Source of the DNA: Acidobacteriota bacterium
GTDB lineage: Bacteria; Acidobacteriota; UBA6911; RPQK01; JAJDTT01
Direction of reading: 5' to 3'
Assembly: GCA_965219855.1 (NCBI GenBank)
Contig: CBDCOR010000010.1
Coordinates: forward strand, 144,164 to 208,163
Length of the DNA: 64,000 nucleotides
A program made the translations under genes and the position numbers. Shown piece after piece: positions 18,243-27,441 of this stretch. The notes beneath the pieces are model-generated. The model did no database searches, was not told the DNA's origin, and worked only from the letters and a program-made list of their open reading frames with translations. The first letter of the stretch is position 1, and the number at the start of each line of letters is the position of its first letter.

Positions 18243-19559
18243 CAGTAGTGTCCCAACGTTTGGGCTTCTAATCTCTGTAAAGTATTAATGAGTAATATGT
18301 TAGAGAAGATAATGGGTGTTTCCGACTTGAAAGTGAGTGTACGCTCACGCCCTTCAGTTCATAAGGAGGGCGAGCATGTACACGGGCACGACGATTTTTT
18401 CTCAGGTGATGCGGCATCTTCCCTGGCATCATTTTCATCGCATTGTTCAGCACTACGGAGGCGACTACAAGGTCAAGTCGTTCCGCTGTGCCGACCATTA
18501 CCGGGTCATGGCCTTTGCACAGTTGACCTATCGCGAGAGCTTGCGCGATATCGAAGCCTGCCTACGGGCCATGAGATCCAAGCTCTTCCACATGGGCATT
18601 CGCTCCACGGTCTCCCGCAACAATCTGTCCAATGCCAACGAGAGGCGCGACTGGCGCATCTATGCCGAGTTTGCCCAAGTGCTTATCGCCGAAGCGCGCC
18701 GCCTGTACACCGACGAGGACCTGGGAGTCGACCTGAACGCGACCGTCTATGCCTTGGACTCCACGACCATCGACCTGTGCCTCTCGGTCTTCCCCTGGGC
18801 GCGCTTCCGCCGTACCAAGGGGGCGATCAAACTGCATACCTTGCTCAACCTGCACGGCGCCATTCCCGAGTTCGTTCTGATCTCGGACGGAAAACTGCAC
18901 GATGTCCACGCCTTGGACCACCTGATTCCTTGTCCCGGTGCCTACTACATCATGGATCGCGGATACCTGGATTTCGGGCGCCTGTACCGACTCCATTCTG
19001 CCCGGTCGTTATTCGTGACCCGCGCCAAGGCCAACTTCAAGTTCCGCCGCCGCTACTCCCACCCGGTGGACAGAACGACGGGACTGATCTGCGACCAAAC
19101 TGTCCTGCTGAGCACCTTCTATCCGGCCAAGGCCTACCCCGAACCTTTGCGTCGCATCAAGTTCTTCGACGTCACCACCGACCTGCGGCTAGTATTCCTC
19201 ACCAACGACTTTGCTTCTCCCGCTCTGACTATTGCCCGGCTCTACAAGCTCCGCTGGCAGATCGAACTGTTCTTCAAATGGATCAAACAGCATCTCCGCA
19301 TCAAGGCCTTTTACGGCACCAGTCCCAATGCCGTGAAAACACAAATCTGGATCGCCCTCAGTACCTACCTGCTCATCGCCATCATCCGCAAGCGCCTCTA
19401 TCTCGAGTTGCCGCTCTACACAATTCTCCAGGTCCTGAGTGTCTCGCTCTTCGAGAAAACCCCAATTTTACAGGCCTTTCAGGACATGCATTACATTACT
19501 CAGAATAGTGACATTCATAAACAGTTGATGTTATTCGACTAACGCTGGGACGCTACTGA
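18243..19559 (+). mobile_element. IS4-family insertion sequence, copy 2 (1317 bp), 8-bp TSD GATCAGTT
   Basis: Identical to copy 1. The flanks GATCAGTT (18235-18242) and (19560-19567) are direct repeats. Inserted in a 23-bp tandem-repeat tract. Confidence 0.85.
18376..19542 (+). CDS. IS4-family DDE transposase (copy 2)
   Basis: Identical to 5744..6910. Confidence 0.85.
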   Translation: MYTGTTIFSQVMRHLPWHHFHRIVQHYGGDYKVKSFRCADHYRVMAFAQLTYRESLRDIEACLRAMRSKLFHMGIRSTVSRNNLSNANERRDWRIYAEFAQVLIAEARRLYTDEDLGVDLNATVYALDSTTIDLCLSVFPWARFRRTKGAIKLHTLLNLHGAIPEFVLISDGKLHDVHALDHLIPCPGAYYIMDRGYLDFGRLYRLHSARSLFVTRAKANFKFRRRYSHPVDRTTGLICDQTVLLSTFYPAKAYPEPLRRIKFFDVTTDLRLVFLTNDFASPALTIARLYKLRWQIELFFKWIKQHLRIKAFYGTSPNAVKTQIWIALSTYLLIAIIRKRLYLELPLYTILQVLSVSLFEKTPILQAFQDMHYITQNSDIHKQLMLFD

Positions 19560-19684
19560 GATCAGTTAGGAGATCATCTTAGAGATCAGTCAGGAGATCA
19601 TCAGGAGCATCCAAGCCATCAATTATGAGAACATTGTGGCAGTCGGCGGGCCAGCCGTCGAGCATCATCAGATAGGAGTGAGGT

Positions 19685-20545
19685 ATGTTGACGCAGGCGC
19701 AGATTGATTCCTACCGCAGCAATGGCTATCTCGGTGTCGAGAATGTCCTTTCAGTCCAAGAGGTCGCAGAACTGCGGCGTGTCACCGATGAATTTGTCGA
19801 AAAAGCACGACACATCACCGAGCATACGGATGTGTTTGACCTGGAGCCAGGCCATACGCCTGAGGCCCCTCGCTTGCGCCGCATCAAGGATCCAGCGGTC
19901 CAGCATTCTGTGTACGACCAGGCGTGTCGGCATGAGGGAATTGTCGATATTGTGGCACAACTGGTGGGACCAAATGTTCGGTTCAGTAGTAGCAAACTGA
20001 ACACGAAAGCGGCTGAATTCGGCAGTGCGGTCGAATGGCATCAGGACTGGGCTTTCCAGCCACACACCAACGATGATTATTTGACCGTCGGGGTGGCCAT
20101 CGACGACATGACCATCCAGAATGGGGCATTGATGGTGATACCCGGCTCTCATCGAGGACGCATATATAGTCACCATCAAGACGGTCACTTCATCGGGGCC
20201 GTTACCGAGCCTGATTTTGGGCAAAGCAGCGCAGTCCCAATCGAGCTCAAAGCCGGTGGCATTTCGATTCATCACGTCCGGGCGCTGCATGCTTCGGCAC
20301 CCAACACGCATGATCGTCCTCGCCGCCTACTCCTGATTGATTATTGCGCCGCCGATGCTTGGCCGCTCATGTGGACACCTGATTGGACCGACTTCACTGC
20401 TGCTGTTGTTCGTGGCGAATGGACCAGAGAGCCGCGGATGGTCGCCGTTCCGGTGCGCATTCCCTTACCCGGCGATAGTGGGGGCGTCATCTACGAACTC
20501 CAACGCGAACTGGATAATCCGATCCTTGGCAAGAAGGCCCGGTGA
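19685..20545 (+). CDS. Phytanoyl-CoA dioxygenase (PhyH)-family Fe(II)/2-oxoglutarate oxygenase
   Basis: ...VEWHQDWAFQPHT..., GALMVIPGSHR, HHVRALHASAPN (HxD...H facial triad). SD GGAGTGAGG before the ATG. Confidence 0.8.
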   Translation: MLTQAQIDSYRSNGYLGVENVLSVQEVAELRRVTDEFVEKARHITEHTDVFDLEPGHTPEAPRLRRIKDPAVQHSVYDQACRHEGIVDIVAQLVGPNVRFSSSKLNTKAAEFGSAVEWHQDWAFQPHTNDDYLTVGVAIDDMTIQNGALMVIPGSHRGRIYSHHQDGHFIGAVTEPDFGQSSAVPIELKAGGISIHHVRALHASAPNTHDRPRRLLLIDYCAADAWPLMWTPDWTDFTAAVVRGEWTREPRMVAVPVRIPLPGDSGGVIYELQRELDNPILGKKAR

Positions 20546-20845
20546 TCTCCAGAGTCCCCGGCACTTCTCCTTGCGCTTTCATGAGAATCCGTCTTCAGGA
20601 CGAGCTTCTGGAACGCGCCAAACCACCCGACCTGATCCTCGTTGCCCCATCTACGGTGTTTCATCTTCACTTAGGAAGGTGCATGTCACGGTTGCTTCAG
20701 AAGTCAAAATGATGGTCGCTGTCTTGGTTTGAAGGCTGATACTGCCCCCGTCGTCACAAGAGGCGCCCACGGCCAGATCCCGGGAGGCAGGGCCCGTCTC
20801 CATAACCGCTGGGGCGCGACTAAGCTGAAACTTGATTTGGCGGAC

Positions 20846-20920
20846 GTAGCTTTGGCCTCCAGGCCGAAGTCTTATTTTTCCGAGCCTTTGGCTCGGACGG
20901 CGGCCTGGAGGCCACCGCTA
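20846..20920. repeat. Palindromic terminator-like element (13-21 bp GC stem GGCCTCCAGGCCG / CGGCCTGGAGGCC with an internal mini-hairpin CGAGCC..GGCTCG); 5' exon of intron copy 1
   Basis: Family members at 33364-33438, 56345-56419 and 44027-44105, plus a degenerate one at ~29527-29552. Lies downstream of the PhyH gene on the same strand. Confidence 0.7.
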
Positions 20921-22949
20921 GTGCGCCTGTGAAGGCGTTTGATCAGAAGGGTGAAAGTCCCTTCCAGGCTAACGTTACCGGCCTGAAGTCGACAGTGGTA
21001 ACTGCGTTTCCGTGAGGAAGGGTGGAGAGCAACCTGAGACGAACGACCAATCCGTAACGCAAGTGAACTCGATTCGGCCAAGCCTGTCGGGGAGGGTCCT
21101 GGCAAAGCCCGAACCCTTGACCGCGCGACGGCCATCCCTCCGACCTGAACGGTCTGCCCGGGGGGATAGACGCGGCAAGTCACGGCGGTGAAGTAACGTG
21201 ACAAAGCGACCGTGACGAAATGGCAATGCGGTGGTTGGAGATGGAGAGGTCGGAAGGTCAAACGAGATAAGCAGGGAGATCTGTCGGGTGAGGGACGTGG
21301 ACGACCCATCGTGAGAGCTCGCAGTGGGGGACGCTGCGTGAGCAATGGCCCAGGCCCGCGGTGCAGTATCGCCCGCCGAAGGGGAGCGAACCTGGCGATA
21401 CCGGTGAGGTCGGTTGAAGCGGCTCGACAGAAGTCAGAGCTCCCATAGTAGCGGGGAAGCCGTGCAGCAAAACGCGGTGGAGCGAAGGGGAGCAGGAAGG
21501 TAGATGCGAAATGACTAAATCGCGGAAACGTAACTCCGCCCAAAGGCGGGACTACATCCCGGTCACAGTGCCGTTTTCGGCTAGCCCGGCTGGAGAGCCC
21601 GCTGGCATCGAACAGTGGGCTCATCGCGCGGTTTGGACGGATCGCATGTTGGAGACACTTTTGAAAGGAAAGGTGAGAGGAGGGAAATGGCACACGCTGA
21701 TCGATAAGGTGTTTTGCAGCCGGAACCTTTCCAGCTCGGCCGAGAAGGTCTTGGGCAGGAAAGGAGCGGCGGGAGTGGACCGGCAAACGTGGGGGGATTT
21801 CGCCGAACACGAGCGGGAGGAACTCGAATGGTTGCAGGAAGAACTGCGTGAGGGGACCTATCGTCCGGCAGCGGTGCTGCGGAGGTGGATTCCCAAAACA
21901 GGCAGTTCGGAAAAGCGACCGCTGGGGATTCCGACCGTGCGGGATCGAGTCGTGCAAACGGCTTTGGTCCACGGGATCGAGCCGATTCTGGAGGCCACGT
22001 TCCATGATCGAAGCTACGGCTTTCGTCATGGGCGAGGGTGCCACGGCGCACTGCGGTACGTCGAAGAGCTGCTCGAAGCCGGTTATGTGTATGTCGTCGA
22101 CGCGGATCTGAAGGGTTACTTCGATACGATCCCGAAAGATCGACTGTTGGACCTGATCCAACAGAAGATATCGGATCGCCGCGTGCTGGGCCTGGTTCAG
22201 CTGTTTCTGAATCAGGGGATACTGGAAGAGCTGCGTAAGTGGATTCCGGAAGCCGGAGTCCCCCAAGGCGCCGTTCTTTCTCCGGTGTTGTCGAATGCCT
22301 ACCTCAATCCCCTGGACCATCGGATGGCCGATCTGGGCTTCCAGATGGTGCGCTACGCGGATGACTTTGTCCTGCTGTGTCGCGCACCCGAGGAGGCTGA
22401 AGCGGCCCTGGCCGAAGGGCGGGACTGGGTGGAGGACAACGGGCTGAGACTGCATCCCGAGAAGACACACATCGTGGACTCGCGAGAGAAGAGCTTTTCG
22501 TTCTTGGGCGATTCGTTCCGAGGCCGTTTTCGGTTTCCACGAGCGAAGAGCCACCGAAAGTTCGTCGAGCGCATTCACGAGCTGACGCCGCGCAAGTCGG
22601 GCGACTCGCTGGAGGTCATCCTCCAGCGGCTCAATCGCTCGACGCAAGGCTGGTTCAACTACTTCCGGCACTGTCATTGGAACATCTTCAAGGACTACGA
22701 CGGTCTGATCCGTCGTCGTTTGCGACGCCTGCTTCTGAAGCGCAACCGGAAGAATAGAAAACGCCTCTGTCGAAATCACCGTTGGCCCAACGCCTTCTTT
22801 ACGGATCATGGGTTCACGAGCCTGACTGACGCCCATATCCGTTTCGTCCAATCCATAGGAACCTACTGACTGGAGAGCTGTATGCGGGAGAATCGCACGT
22901 GCAGTTCGGAGGGAGGGGAGCCGGGTGACCGTGCTTCCCTACCCTATCG
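20921..22949 (+). mobile_element. Group II intron (class C / IIC-like), copy 1, 2029 nt
   Basis: 5' GTGCGCC starts 7 nt after the hairpin (…GGCCTGGAGGCCACCGCTA|GTGCGCC). Domain V GAGCTGTATGCGGGAGAATCGCACGTGCAGTTC lies just past the IEP stop. A domain VI stem GGGAGGGG/CCCTACCC carries a bulged A. The 3' end is ~...CCCTATCG (+/-2 nt). The IEP sits in domain IV. Confidence 0.8.
21511..22869 (+). CDS. Group II intron-encoded reverse transcriptase/maturase (452 aa, no endonuclease domain)
   Basis: RT motifs 0-7 including YADDFVLL, and maturase X-domain RLNRSTQGWFNYFRH. Ends ~25 aa after X, with no HNH/En domain, as in IIC and other En-minus bacterial IEPs. Confidence 0.9.
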   Translation: MTKSRKRNSAQRRDYIPVTVPFSASPAGEPAGIEQWAHRAVWTDRMLETLLKGKVRGGKWHTLIDKVFCSRNLSSSAEKVLGRKGAAGVDRQTWGDFAEHEREELEWLQEELREGTYRPAAVLRRWIPKTGSSEKRPLGIPTVRDRVVQTALVHGIEPILEATFHDRSYGFRHGRGCHGALRYVEELLEAGYVYVVDADLKGYFDTIPKDRLLDLIQQKISDRRVLGLVQLFLNQGILEELRKWIPEAGVPQGAVLSPVLSNAYLNPLDHRMADLGFQMVRYADDFVLLCRAPEEAEAALAEGRDWVEDNGLRLHPEKTHIVDSREKSFSFLGDSFRGRFRFPRAKSHRKFVERIHELTPRKSGDSLEVILQRLNRSTQGWFNYFRHCHWNIFKDYDGLIRRRLRRLLLKRNRKNRKRLCRNHRWPNAFFTDHGFTSLTDAHIRFVQSIGTY

Positions 22950-22989
22950 CCGGGACCCGGAGTTTCATGCTCGAATGGCGCCAGCTCCA

Positions 22990-23330
22990 CTGGGGGTGGC
23001 ACTAAACGGGTGACGGGCAACATCAGGTTGTTCTGAGTGGAGTCCTCCTGTTCTCGCAAACCCAGGATGGGTTTATCCCAGTGAACTCCGTCCTGGGAAG
23101 TGGCGTAGGCACCACCGGTGTACCAGAGCATCCACACCTTCTCGTCAGGGTGCCAGGAGGGACCGGTCCGGATCTGGAGGTATTGGTCCTCCCAAGCTAA
23201 ACAAGTGCCGAGCCCCCGGCTCGACGGACAGAGAATCACGGGAGGGGATGCCCGTGCCACTGCAGGATCCCGAAGTTCCCTTCCCGAATGGGGCCAGCAC
23301 TGAGTAGATACGCAGAATAGTTGACTCTCT
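22990..23330 (-). pseudogene. Fragment paralogous to the central part of gene 27442..28413 (secreted beta-propeller-like protein)
   Basis: The minus-strand LQIRTGPSWHPDEKVWMLWYTGGAYATSQDGVHWDKPILGLREQEDSTQNNLML aligns with IQIRSAPCWDPQEQVWKMWYYSGSRTLFARSKDGVTWEKPSLGKRELEGSKDNNLVL. No full ORF. It abuts the intron 3' exon. Confidence 0.55.
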
Positions 23331-23373
23331 AGGGACTCCTCAAGCACAGTCGGGTGGCAGCTATCCCAAAGAC

Positions 23374-23790
23374 ATGGAGGTACCGAAAGTGAAGCCATAC
23401 CCCCTTAGACGCGTCGTTGCATCCCTCCTTCTCTTGCTCCTCTTGGCGTCTGGCCAACTCGGCCTTGCAGGTTCGGCCAAGAAACGCCCAACCATCGGTC
23501 TGGTCCTTGGAGGGGGTGGAGCCCGGGGCTTCGCTCACCTGGGTATTCTTGAGTGGTTCCATGAGAATCAGATCCCGGTGGACTACATCGCCGGCACCAG
23601 CATGGGTGGTCTGGTGGGAGGTATGTACGCCACTGGGATGGAGCCGGCGAAGATGCGAGCGGAGATCGGACGGCTCGACTGGAACAGGCTGCTGGCCGCT
23701 GATCCGCAGTTTCAGGACTTGAGCTTTCGGAGGAAGGAGGACCGCCGAGTCCTCCCGAATTTCATCGAAGTCGGGTGGAAAAAGGGCTTG
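23374..23790 (+). pseudogene. Patatin-like phospholipase, N-terminal fragment (truncated after ~140 aa)
   Basis: Signal-like N-terminus, GGGARGFAHLGIL (oxyanion GGxR) and GTSMGG (nucleophile elbow). Homology ends at ~23790, where sequence unrelated to patatin follows. Confidence 0.6.
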
Positions 23791-23807
23791 AGGCTCCAGG
23801 AGGTTAC

Positions 23808-24200
23808 GATCTGGGTCTGGATCCATTCCAATCACCCGGCATCCGGCTGATTTTGCCAGCTGCACCGCCAAGAGGCCCACCAGTCCCAAGCCAATAACGG
23901 CAACGCTCTCGCCGAGCTGCATCTGGGCCAGACGCAGACCGTGCAGTGCGATGGATCCCAGGGTGGTGTAGGCGGCTTCATCGCCGCTTACGTGGTCGGG
24001 TACAGCCGCAACCAGGTTCCGCGGAACAGAGACGATCTCGGCGTGAGCAGCGTGTCCCCCGCCCGCACAAGCGACTCGACTGCCGACCTGGATATCCAGG
24101 ATGTCCTCAGCAACCTCAATCACGGGGCAGACAGCTTGGCTGTGAGGCAATGGCCACCACCAACAGTCAAATGGAAGAGCTTGCCAGAGACCATGCGGCG
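23808..24200 (-). pseudogene. Zinc-type medium-chain dehydrogenase (MDR) N-terminal half, inverted relative to its C-terminal half
   Basis: The minus strand encodes ...VIEVAEDILDIQVGSRVA...AAYTTLGSIALHGLRLAQMQLGESVAVIGLGLVGLLAVQLAKSAGCRVIGMDPDPDR (substrate-binding domain plus start of the Rossmann fold). The continuation (DMVIIAAATSS...GRVVAVG) lies on the plus strand from ~24217. Confidence 0.5.
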
Positions 24201-24216
24201 GGCTCCGGAGTCCGAC

Positions 24217-25590
24217 ATGGTCATCATTGCGGCTGCCACCTCGAGTAGTGCCCCGGTAACGCTGGCTGGCGAGATTGCCCGCGATCGAGGACGCGTGGTG
24301 GCCGTCGGGGCGGTAGGTCTGGATATCCCCCGTCGGGACTATTACGAAAAGGAATTGAGCTTCCGTGTCTCTCGTTCCTATGGTCCCGGGCGCTACGATC
24401 CCGAGTACGAGGAAGAGGGCCGTGACTATCGGATCGGCTACGTCCGCTGGACCGAGAACAGAAATATGCTGGCGTTCGTCGATCTCCTGGCTGCGGGAAA
24501 GGTGGACGTCCAGGCTTTGACCTCCCATCGTTTCCCGATTGAAAACGCGCCCCAGGCGTACGAGCTGATCTCCGGGAAGAACCGCGCGAAGTCCCTGGGC
24601 GTTTTACTGCAATATCCCGCAGACTCTCAGCCTGCGGTGCGGGTCGACCTTCCCGTCGAGTCTGTGGCTCCCGGCCCTGGGGGGACGACCCTGACACTCG
24701 GTCTGCTCGGCGCCGGAAACTTCGTGAAAGCGATGATCCTCCCCACACTCAAGAAGATGTCGGGAGTAAGTCTGGTGGGTGTTTGTACCTCGACCGGCGC
24801 CAGTTCTCGCCACGCTGCGGATCGTTTCGGCTTTAGCTACTGCACCAGCGAGGAGGAGAAGGTTCTCTCCGATCCCGGCATCAACGTCATCCTGGTGGGG
24901 ACCCGGCATCATCTGCATGCCCGTCAGGTCCAGGACTCGCTCAGGGCGGGAAAACACGTCTTCTGCGAAAAACCCCTGTGCCTGAATGAAGCTGAGCTGA
25001 AGGAGATCGTCCGCGTCAAGAACAACCAGAATTCTGGCCACAGGCTTCAGGTGATGCTGGGCTTCAACCGGCGTTTCGCCCCTCTTACGAAGCACCTGAA
25101 GGAATTTGTCGACAACATCAAGGAGCCGCTGGCGGTGCACTATCGCGTAAATGCTGGCTATCTGGAGCGCGATCACTGGACAAATGATCCCCATCAGGGG
25201 GGCGGGCGCATCGTTGGTGAGGCCTGCCATTTCGTCGACTTCCTTATTCACCTGGTGGGAGCGCTTCCTGTGAAGGCCTACGCGTGTGCGCTGCCCGATG
25301 ATGGTCGTTACAGCAAGGACAATGTGCTCATCACCCTGGATTTCTCAAATGGATCGGTCGGGACTATTTCCTATTTGGCCAGCGGGGATAAATCGTTCTC
25401 CAAAGAGCGAGTGGAGGTCTTCGGCGGAGGCACCACGTCTGTCTTGGATAACTTCAGAAGATTGGAGCTGAGAGGGCAGGGACGCCCCCGGGTGCACCGA
25501 ACGAGATTGCGTCAGGACAAGGGCCACAGGGGTGAATGGGAGGCTTTTCGTGAGACGCTAGCTAGTGCCCGTCCGGAAATGTGTAAGTAA
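24217..25590 (+). CDS. Bi-domain oxidoreductase: MDR C-terminal half fused to a Gfo/Idh/MocA-family oxidoreductase (5' part displaced by an apparent inversion)
   Basis: MVIIAAATSSSAPVTLAGEIARDRGRVVAVGAVG (MDR C-terminus), then LGLLGAGNFVKAMILPTLKK...HVFCEKPLCLNEAELKEIV (Gfo/Idh/MocA Rossmann + EKP motif). The 549-aa listed ORF starts upstream in non-homologous sequence. Confidence 0.55.
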   Translation: MVIIAAATSSSAPVTLAGEIARDRGRVVAVGAVGLDIPRRDYYEKELSFRVSRSYGPGRYDPEYEEEGRDYRIGYVRWTENRNMLAFVDLLAAGKVDVQALTSHRFPIENAPQAYELISGKNRAKSLGVLLQYPADSQPAVRVDLPVESVAPGPGGTTLTLGLLGAGNFVKAMILPTLKKMSGVSLVGVCTSTGASSRHAADRFGFSYCTSEEEKVLSDPGINVILVGTRHHLHARQVQDSLRAGKHVFCEKPLCLNEAELKEIVRVKNNQNSGHRLQVMLGFNRRFAPLTKHLKEFVDNIKEPLAVHYRVNAGYLERDHWTNDPHQGGGRIVGEACHFVDFLIHLVGALPVKAYACALPDDGRYSKDNVLITLDFSNGSVGTISYLASGDKSFSKERVEVFGGGTTSVLDNFRRLELRGQGRPRVHRTRLRQDKGHRGEWEAFRETLASARPEMCK

Positions 25591-25599
25591 TTGATAAGG

Positions 25600-27100
25600 A
25601 AGGGGAAAGAGGGCTTTTTCAAGCTCCGAAACTGTCAGGGCCGTTTGCTAGACTATTTGGTGCAAACAATTAGACTAAAACGACTTACGACGATTTCAGG
25701 AGTTCGAAGATGCGTAAAAAGCGTGAAAAACAACGCCCCCTTTCCCCGCAATGGCCCGATCACCAGCTGGCCCATGAATTGAAGGTGATCTCGCGCATCC
25801 TGGACGACAATCCCCAGACGCTGGAGCTGATAGTACAAGATCTCTCTGACAGGGTCGATTCCGGTGTTGGCGCCCCCGGTTTGACGGCCGAGCAGGTGCT
25901 GCGTTGCGCCGTCATCAAACAGCTGCATCAGTTCAGCTATCGCAAGCTGGAGTTTCATCTGGTGGATTCGCAAAGCTGTCAGAGGTTCTGTCGCTTGCCC
26001 TATGGGGCGTCGATCAGCAAAGCCACCCTGGCGGAGAACCTGGGGAAGATTGAGCCGGGGACTTGGAAGGCGATCAACGACCACTTGGTGCTCTGGGCGC
26101 AGGCTCGGGGTCTGGAAAAAGGCCAACGGATTCGGGTCGATGCCACGGCGGTCGAGACGAACATCCACTATCCGCTCGACAGTGAGCTGTTGTACGACGG
26201 CATTCGAGTCGTGACCCAGTGGCTGGGGCGGCTGCGGGAGCGGGAAGGGATCGGCTTCGTCGATCATACGCGGCGGGCCAAGCGGCGCGTCCTGAACATC
26301 CGCAACCGCCGCGGCAAGAAGCGCCTGGACAGTTACCGCGATCTGATCAAAGTGGCGTCCAAGACGGCTCACTATGCCGAGCAGGCGCTGGCAGCTTCCG
26401 CGCAGTGGAGCGATCCCCTCAGTCTGGCCGTGGCGGCGCAACTGGCCCACTATCTGGGGCTGTTGCACAAAGTCATCGAGCAGACTCAACGACGGGTCCT
26501 TTCGGGCGAGGCCGTCGCGGCCCAGGAGAAGATCTGTTCCCTCTTCGAAGAGCACACCGATATTATCAAGAAGAGCCCTCGGGAAACGGTCTTCGGCCAC
26601 AAGGTGTTTGTCAGCACGGGCGCCTCGTCGCTGATCCTGGATTGTGTGGTGGAACGGGGGAATCCGGCCGACAGCAACTATGTGCAACCCTTCTTAGAGC
26701 GGCATCGACAGCTGTACGGGAAGGTCCCCCGCCAGAGCGCCTGGGATGGTGGTTTTGCCTCGGCTGCCAACCTGCGCTGGGCCAAAGAGCAGGGGGTACA
26801 GGATGTGGCCTTTTCCAAAAAGTGTGGGTTGACGGTTGAGAGCATGGTGCGTTCCAGTTGGGTCTACAAACAACTCAAACGCTTCCGCGCCGGGATTGAG
26901 GGGTGCATTGGGACCCTCAAGCACACCTTCGGTCTCCACCGCTGTAGCTGGAAAGGCTGGCCTCACTTTCAAAGCTACGTCCATGCCAGCGTCCTGACCT
27001 ATAACCTGGTCGTCCTGGCCCGACTCCTGTTGTAGCCTTTTGTGGCTGACCGTACTGCCTTGTGGCTCCGACTCGGGGAGAGGTCTGCGCCGAACCGCTG
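25600..27100 (+). mobile_element. IS element of the IS4/IS5 superfamily (ISNCY/IS1182-like), single copy; ends not resolved
   Basis: Contains transposase gene 25710..27035. The Gfo/Idh/MocA ORF ends abruptly just upstream. Boundaries are approximate. Confidence 0.5.
25710..27035 (+). CDS. DDE transposase (DDE_Tnp_1; ISNCY-like)
   Basis: RIRVDATAVETNIHYPLDSELLYDG (first catalytic D region), ...VFVSTGASSLILDCVVERGNPADSNY (second D), and a C-terminal E region. Confidence 0.75.
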   Translation: MRKKREKQRPLSPQWPDHQLAHELKVISRILDDNPQTLELIVQDLSDRVDSGVGAPGLTAEQVLRCAVIKQLHQFSYRKLEFHLVDSQSCQRFCRLPYGASISKATLAENLGKIEPGTWKAINDHLVLWAQARGLEKGQRIRVDATAVETNIHYPLDSELLYDGIRVVTQWLGRLREREGIGFVDHTRRAKRRVLNIRNRRGKKRLDSYRDLIKVASKTAHYAEQALAASAQWSDPLSLAVAAQLAHYLGLLHKVIEQTQRRVLSGEAVAAQEKICSLFEEHTDIIKKSPRETVFGHKVFVSTGASSLILDCVVERGNPADSNYVQPFLERHRQLYGKVPRQSAWDGGFASAANLRWAKEQGVQDVAFSKKCGLTVESMVRSSWVYKQLKRFRAGIEGCIGTLKHTFGLHRCSWKGWPHFQSYVHASVLTYNLVVLARLLL

Positions 27101-27441
27101 CTTTTTGGCCCGCGTGCCCTCGCTCGAGGGTCCTTGCTCTGGATCGAGCTGGGTCGAGCCGGTCTGTCAGCAGTCTCAAGTATAATAAGTGTTTACGATT
27201 CAACAGATTACAGTTCTGAAAACCCCGGTTTTCGGACGGGCACTAGCTACGGGAAAAACTGCTCCGATCCCGTTCCAGCAGTCGGTTGCAACCACGCTCA
27301 CTACCTTGTGCATCATGAGGGCTTTGAGCCTGGGGGAACCGGTATCCATCGACACCGAGCAATTCATAGCGAGTGCGCTGGAAACTGAGTCGATCGAAGG
27401 CAGCAGCTGAGCCTGACCAAGCCCCAATCGAGTTTGTGGAG

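Noticed and set aside
5611-19559. Composite transposon bounded by the two IS4 copies
   Set aside because: Each copy has its own matching 8-bp flanking duplication (CCACCGAC and GATCAGTT). They therefore inserted independently.
20872-22851. 659-aa ORF antisense to the intron RT gene (also 31433..33412 and 54414..56393)
   Set aside because: The same shadow-ORF phenomenon. The sense strand carries unmistakable RT and maturase motifs.
23329-24528. 399-aa minus-strand ORF
   Set aside because: A chimera. Only residues ~130-240 (the MDR N-terminal half) are meaningful. The remainder is antisense to the patatin fragment and to the plus-strand oxidoreductase.
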